This document shows positions 58,023 to 64,000 of a DNA stretch of 64,000 nt, one piece after another. Below the pieces are notes generated by a model. It searched no databases, was not told where the DNA came from, and worked only from the letters and a program-made list of their open reading frames with translations. Numbering within the stretch: position 1 is the first letter of the stretch; every line of letters starts with the position of its first letter. The DNA lies in the NCBI GenBank assembly GCA_965242965.1, contig OZ251518.1, positions 3,584,001 through 3,648,000 on the forward strand, in the 5' to 3' direction. The translations under genes were made by a program, and so were the position numbers. The DNA comes from Candidatus Poribacteria bacterium. Its GTDB lineage: Bacteria > Poribacteria > WGA-4E > WGA-3G.

Positions 58023-58736
58023 TTATGATGCCGGCACGAATTGCGGATTGAACTTGAGATGCCCCTTCGCCTTGGCAATTGAGAACCGGGCACCGGGGAA
58101 CTCCGACTGGATGTGGAAGATGCCCCATCGCGAAGGCGATGCCAGCGCGCCTTGAAAAGCGGCGACAGCGTCGTTCATCTCCAGCCACATGGCATCAAAA
58201 CCGTTGGACGCTTCCGCTGCGGTGACGAGATTGCCGAGGCGGAGGCAAGTGACATTGAGTTTCCGTTCCCGCGCGAATTCTCTGCAGGTGAATTCACCGA
58301 GGTGTTTGGAAAGCACAAAACTATTGACAGATGGCCGCGGTCTCCAGCTTTCCGTGACGGTCCAGTCCTCTCCATGTTGTTCAAAAAGGCGGAGGGTGCT
58401 GGCGTAAATGACATGCTTCACGCCTTCTTCTGCCGCCGCCATGAGGAGGTTATAGGTTCGGCGCGTCTGATAGTCGATGGCGTAGTTCTCCGGCTGTTCA
58501 GCTTTCGCCAAGAGTTGCGCGGGGGTTTCGGCGATGTGGACGATGGCATCCATGCCGTGCACTAATGCGTTCGTGGATTCATCGTGTCCGAGTTCGCTTT
58601 CCACAAACTCACAACCCGGTGGAAAGGCTGTCTCAACCGGGTGCAATTCGGTTAACCGGAGCGTGTTTGATTCGGCAAGGGATGCTGCCAAGCGGCGCGC
58701 GAGTTCAGTCCCTGCCGAGGTAATCAATATGTTCAT
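58023..58736 (-). CDS. NAD-dependent epimerase-like protein (degenerate motifs)
   Basis: ILITSA, IVHIA, YAST, FVLSK, LRLG. Confidence 0.75.
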   Translation of the reverse strand: MNILITSAGTELARRLAASLAESNTLRLTELHPVETAFPPGCEFVESELGHDESTNALVHGMDAIVHIAETPAQLLAKAEQPENYAIDYQTRRTYNLLMAAAEEGVKHVIYASTLRLFEQHGEDWTVTESWRPRPSVNSFVLSKHLGEFTCREFARERKLNVTCLRLGNLVTAAEASNGFDAMWLEMNDAVAAFQGALASPSRWGIFHIQSEFPGARFSIAKAKGHLKFNPQFVPAS

Positions 58737-58740
58737 TGTT

Positions 58741-59157
58741 TCACAGTGCCTCCTGTGCCTCTTGAATTTTCGCCGCGATGTTCCCGATTGCTTCCAAATC
58801 GCCTTCACTGGGCTGCCATGGGAGCCGCAGCGGGTCTGCCGTCCAGCGCGGGATGAGGTGGAGATGGAAATGGAAAACAGTCTGAAACGCGGCGGGTTCG
58901 TTTGACTGAAAGAGGTTCAGCCCGTCCGGGTTCAGTGCCTTCCGAATTGCTGCGGCGAGTTGAACCGCGACCTCCATGATTTTTCCGCCGACTTCGGGCG
59001 GCATATCAAAGATGTTTCGGTAATGTTGTTTCGGGATGACGAGGGTATGTCCTGGGTTTGCTGGCGCGATGTCCATAAACGCCAGAACGTGTTCGTCTTC
59101 ATAGACTTTCGCCGCGGGAATCTTCCCCGCGACAATTGCACAAAAGATACAATCCAT
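58741..59157 (-). CDS. HIT family protein
   Basis: DCIFC, GHTLVIPK, HFHLHLIPR. Confidence 0.93.
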   Translation of the reverse strand: MDCIFCAIVAGKIPAAKVYEDEHVLAFMDIAPANPGHTLVIPKQHYRNIFDMPPEVGGKIMEVAVQLAAAIRKALNPDGLNLFQSNEPAAFQTVFHFHLHLIPRWTADPLRLPWQPSEGDLEAIGNIAAKIQEAQEAL

Positions 59158-59277
59158 CGGTTGATTTCCTGCTGTAAACGTTCTTAACGATGCATTTTAG
59201 CAAATTTAGGAGAGAAAATCAATAGTTAAAAAGATTTGTTTTTTCATAGGTTTTATGATAGACTGTATTTCGCGCTT

Positions 59278-59700
59278 AAGTAGGAGAGCCCTCTGGTCTC
59301 GATGCAATACCGTAGGAGAGCCCTCTGGTCTCGATTTTCGCGTAGCGCGGTTGCCTGTCCCCCGCGATGGTTTGAGAACCGTTTTTTCAGCGTAGCGCGG
59401 GGGCCTGTCCCCCGCGATGTTTCAAGAACCGTTTTTTTTTTCGTAGCGCGGGGGCCTGTCCCCCGCGAGCGTTGGATTGCGCGGACGCTGGCGAGGGAAA
59501 CCCTCTCGCATGCGCGTGTGGCATGCGAGGGCCCAAGCCCTACGGTACCGCACGTCGTTTTTATTGCATCGAGACTGGGAGGTCTCTCCTACCGGCAGAA
59601 ATCGTGACAGGTAGGAGGGACATCCTTGTCCCGATACGCACAGCAACAAAACGCATTGAGACCAGGAGGTCTCTCCTACACAGATTTATGAAGCACCCTG
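59278..59700. repeat. mixed REP cluster ending in MITE-like terminus
   Basis: Several GTAG families; ends ATTTATGAAGCACCCTG. Confidence 0.88.
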
Positions 59701-59724
59701 ATATTAACGATGGAGGGACTAACA

Positions 59725-59932
59725 ATGGACGATGTGAGACAGGAACTCTTGGAACGGATAGAAACGCTGACACCCGGTCAGCAGAAACAGGTTCTGAATT
59801 ATACGCGGCAACTTTTGGGCGAACGCCCCAAGGGGACTCCTGGCCGGGAAATGCTGAAGTTCGTCGGGCTGTTTCCGCCGGAAGACCTCGAGGACATGAA
59901 GCGGGCGATCGAAGAAGAGTGGGGGCCGGTCC

Positions 59933-59949
<17 letters not shown>
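59725..59949 (+). CDS. putative antitoxin (DUF2281-like)
   Basis: Small ORF overlapping a PIN gene; GGAGG RBS; PKGTPG...DLEDMKRAIEE. Confidence 0.72.
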
Positions 59950-61514
<1,565 letters not shown>

Positions 61515-61520
61515 TTATTC

Positions 61521-61985
61521 GAGGGTGTTTCATAACTCCGTTTCGGTATTTATTCCCCCTTGGGGAGCGGGCGACTCCCGCGTCCTCTTGGTAGGAGAGA
61601 CCTCCTGGTCTCGATGCAATAGGCGGCAGAAAGCCCCCTTTCATCGTAGGGCGAGGGCCTGTCCCTCGCCAGCGTCCGCGCGCTCCAACGTTCGCGGGGG
61701 ACAGGCCCCCGCGCTACGATAAAAAAACGTCTCTTAGGTCCGTAGGACCTTAATGTCTATAGCACGCGCAGACGCGAAGAATCCTAAGGTCTTTTAGGTC
61801 CTTAATAGATTTTGCCAGGGGCGCGTGTTTTCTATTAAGGACCTAAAGGCCCTTGAAAACGGAATGACATGTGGTGCTATAGACATGTAAGTCCTAACGG
61901 ACAAACACCCTTCTTGACGCTGGCGCTCGCGGGGGACAGGCCCCCGCGCTACGGGCACATCGAGACCAGAGGTCTCTCCTACCAA
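61521..61985. repeat. MITE-like terminus, REPs and a nested inverted-repeat element (61734-61902)
   Basis: GAGGGTGTTTCATAACTCCGTTTCGGTATTTAT followed by REP families. Confidence 0.88.
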
Positions 61986-61989
61986 AGAA

Positions 61990-62919
61990 TCACCCCACCA
62001 AATACTGAAACACCGCCGACAAATTATCATCAGGCGAATAGAGTTGCGATACCTCCAAGTCGTTTTCGATGAGCAACTGCGGCAGACGCGCATAAAACGC
62101 ATCCGGCTTCGCGGTTTCAAGGATGACATCGCCATCGGTACCGCCGAAGGTGACGCTCAGAATATCCTCAAAAGGGAGGCAGACTGCCGCCAAACGACGC
62201 GGTTCAGCGGCGTTCAGATAGACTTTGTGCGGATGCTCGTCGATGAGTTCGCGGATGTCGGAGATGGTGCCCTCCGCCAAAATACGGCCCTGATGGATAA
62301 GCAGGATAGTCTCTGTTATCGCCTCGATTTCGTAAAGGATATGGCTTGAGACTACCATGCTGATGCCTTGTTCCGCGAGTTTGGCGAGGAGATTGAGGAT
62401 ATGCCGCCTGCCAATCGGATCCAACCCAGTCAGCGGTTCGTCCAAAAAGAGGAGTTCGGGTTCATGCAGGAGTGCCTGCGCGAGCTTGATACGCTGCCGC
62501 ATCCCCTTGCTGTATGAACCAACCGGTCTGTCCTTCGCAGCAAGCATATCCACAGTTTCAAGGGCGCGCAGACTTCGTTCAGTCCCTTCCGTTTTGTCAT
62601 AACCACTCAGTGTGGCGAAAAAGGTGATGAACTCAAAACCGCTCATGAACGGATACGCCACTTCTATATCAGGACAGTAGCCGACGCGCCGCGTGAGGGT
62701 TGGGTTATTCCAGACGGGTTGCTCTAGCACGGTGACGGTGCCCTGGTTCGGTTTGAGTTGCCCTGTCATCACTTTCATAAGGCTTGTTTTGCCGGCACCG
62801 TTCGGACCGAGGAGACCGGTAATTCCCGGATGCATCGTCAACGTCACATCGTTGACACCCATTACCTCGCCGTACCACTTGGATAGGTTTTCTGTTCGGA
62901 CAATTGCGTCTTTATTCAT
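61990..62919 (-). CDS. ABC transporter ATP-binding protein
   Basis: GPNGAGKT, YSKGMRQR, LDEP, SSH. Confidence 0.92.
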   Translation of the reverse strand: MNKDAIVRTENLSKWYGEVMGVNDVTLTMHPGITGLLGPNGAGKTSLMKVMTGQLKPNQGTVTVLEQPVWNNPTLTRRVGYCPDIEVAYPFMSGFEFITFFATLSGYDKTEGTERSLRALETVDMLAAKDRPVGSYSKGMRQRIKLAQALLHEPELLFLDEPLTGLDPIGRRHILNLLAKLAEQGISMVVSSHILYEIEAITETILLIHQGRILAEGTISDIRELIDEHPHKVYLNAAEPRRLAAVCLPFEDILSVTFGGTDGDVILETAKPDAFYARLPQLLIENDLEVSQLYSPDDNLSAVFQYLVG

Positions 62920-62937
62920 TAAACGGCTTCCAATTTT

Positions 62938-63176
62938 ACGTAGGGCGAGGGCCTGTCCCTCGCAATATTAAACGGCTTCCCACCTTACGTAGGGCGAGGG
63001 CCTGTCCCTCGCCATTCTGTTCGGACAATTGCTTCCCACCTTACGTAGGGCGAGGGCCTGTCCCTCGCAATATTAAACGGCTTCCCACCTTACGTAGGGC
63101 GAGGGCCTGTCCCTCGCCATTCTGTTCGGACAATTGCTTCCCACCTTACGTAGGGCGAGGGCCTGTCCCTCGCCAT
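62938..63176. repeat. five direct REP copies with alternating 49/56-bp period
   Basis: GTAG at 62940, 62989, 63045, 63094 and 63150. Confidence 0.92.
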
Positions 63177-64000
63177 TCGTTTTTGATTTTCAACGTCTCT
63201 TCCAGATTTTGAATGCCGGCTGTCGTTCCGATGGCGGTAACGCAGGCTGCACCGGTTGCCGATGCAAGTTCCGCTGTCGCCTTCAAATCCCAACCCATCA
63301 CCGTGCCGGCGAGAAAACCTGCGACGTAGGCATCGCCGGCACCTGTCGTATCAACGACGTTGACAGGATAGGCAGGCACAAAAATTTCTTCAGCAGGATA
63401 TCGTCCGCTTACCGGCCCCCTGCAGACATAGCTGCCTTGTGTCCCCATTTTAATCGCGACGGTGTGGATACCGTAATCTCTGAAAAATTGCGCGATTTCC
63501 TGCAACGACGGCGATTTGGAAGTTACCAAGTGCTGCGCTTCCTCCAAACTGGGAAGAAAAATGTCAACGTAAGGGAGGCACGGTTCCAAAGTTTCTAACC
63601 ACTTTCCGGTTGCGTCCCAGGCTGTATCAAGTGAGGTAGTTATGCCGAGTGCCTTCGCTTTTCGGAGGACGTTCGCCATCGGTTCACCGTCAAATTTTGG
63701 CATGACGAGGGCACCGCCGATGTGCAGAATCTTGGCGGTTTTGATGATGTCCCAATTGAGTTCTGCCTCGGTGAATTCGCCGTTTGCGCCGAGGTAATGG
63801 CAAAAACTGCGTTCGCCATCGGAAGCAACGGCGACGAAGGTGAAGGAGGTTCCAACGGTGCCCTGGTTCCCGCGCGACGTTGCACGGTGCCCTGTCATAC
63901 CGTAGCGCGGGGGCCTGTCCCCCGCGATCGTGTTCCCTCGCGACGTTGCACGGGGGCCTGTCCCCTGCGGGTTTTCCACTGTCACCATCCCGGTGGTGTC
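63146..64000 (-). CDS. PfkB-family carbohydrate kinase, 3' part (runs off the window)
   Basis: DGERSF, SLD, DTTGAGDAYVAGF; in-frame REP insertion at about 63865-63970. Confidence 0.88.
   Translation of the reverse strand, partial: DTTGMVTVENPQGTGPRATSRGNTIAGDRPPRYGMTGHRATSRGNQGTVGTSFTFVAVASDGERSFCHYLGANGEFTEAELNWDIIKTAKILHIGGALVMPKFDGEPMANVLRKAKALGITTSLDTAWDATGKWLETLEPCLPYVDIFLPSLEEAQHLVTSKSPSLQEIAQFFRDYGIHTVAIKMGTQGSYVCRGPVSGRYPAEEIFVPAYPVNVVDTTGAGDAYVAGFLAGTVMGWDLKATAELASATGAACVTAIGTTAGIQNLEETLKIKNEWRGTGPRPT

Noticed and set aside
62938-63176. Repeat-spacer array as CRISPR
   Set aside because: The spacers repeat and derive from adjacent host DNA, and the repeat is the window-wide REP.

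Overview
Bacterial chromosomal window of moderately high GC. It is most consistent with Candidatus Poribacteria, which is an inference from the LamG-rich secreted proteins with a shared C-terminal TW-x-x-K tail and from the repeat content. It holds about 45 genes: housekeeping (ftsY, an EF-G paralogue, tkt, tgt, homoserine kinase, ABC-F), envelope (alpha-2-macroglobulin plus pbpC, a lone gspG, a VWA/BatA-like protein), redox (cytochrome P460-like protein, a dihaem cytochrome-porin fusion, a MarR-rubrerythrin fusion) and defence-like genes (three tandem AAA-ATPase/PD-(D/E)XK paralogues, three DNA methyltransferases, VapBC, HicB with a destroyed HicA). Most long intergenic gaps are filled with GTAG-type REP palindromes of several families, a nested ~175-bp inverted-repeat element and a MITE-like element with 16-bp terminal inverted repeats. 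The most notable observations are: (1) a putative C-terminal sorting signal on five secreted proteins; (2) both beta-class methyltransferases are frameshifted by one extra G in a poly-G tract, so they are candidates for phase variation; (3) REPs are inserted in frame in at least five genes, and some REP arrays have spacers copied from flanking genes; (4) a mosaic, hypervariable ATPase-nuclease triplet. No rRNA, tRNA, CRISPR-cas or transposase gene was recognised. All product calls come from motif recognition by eye; no database search was run.
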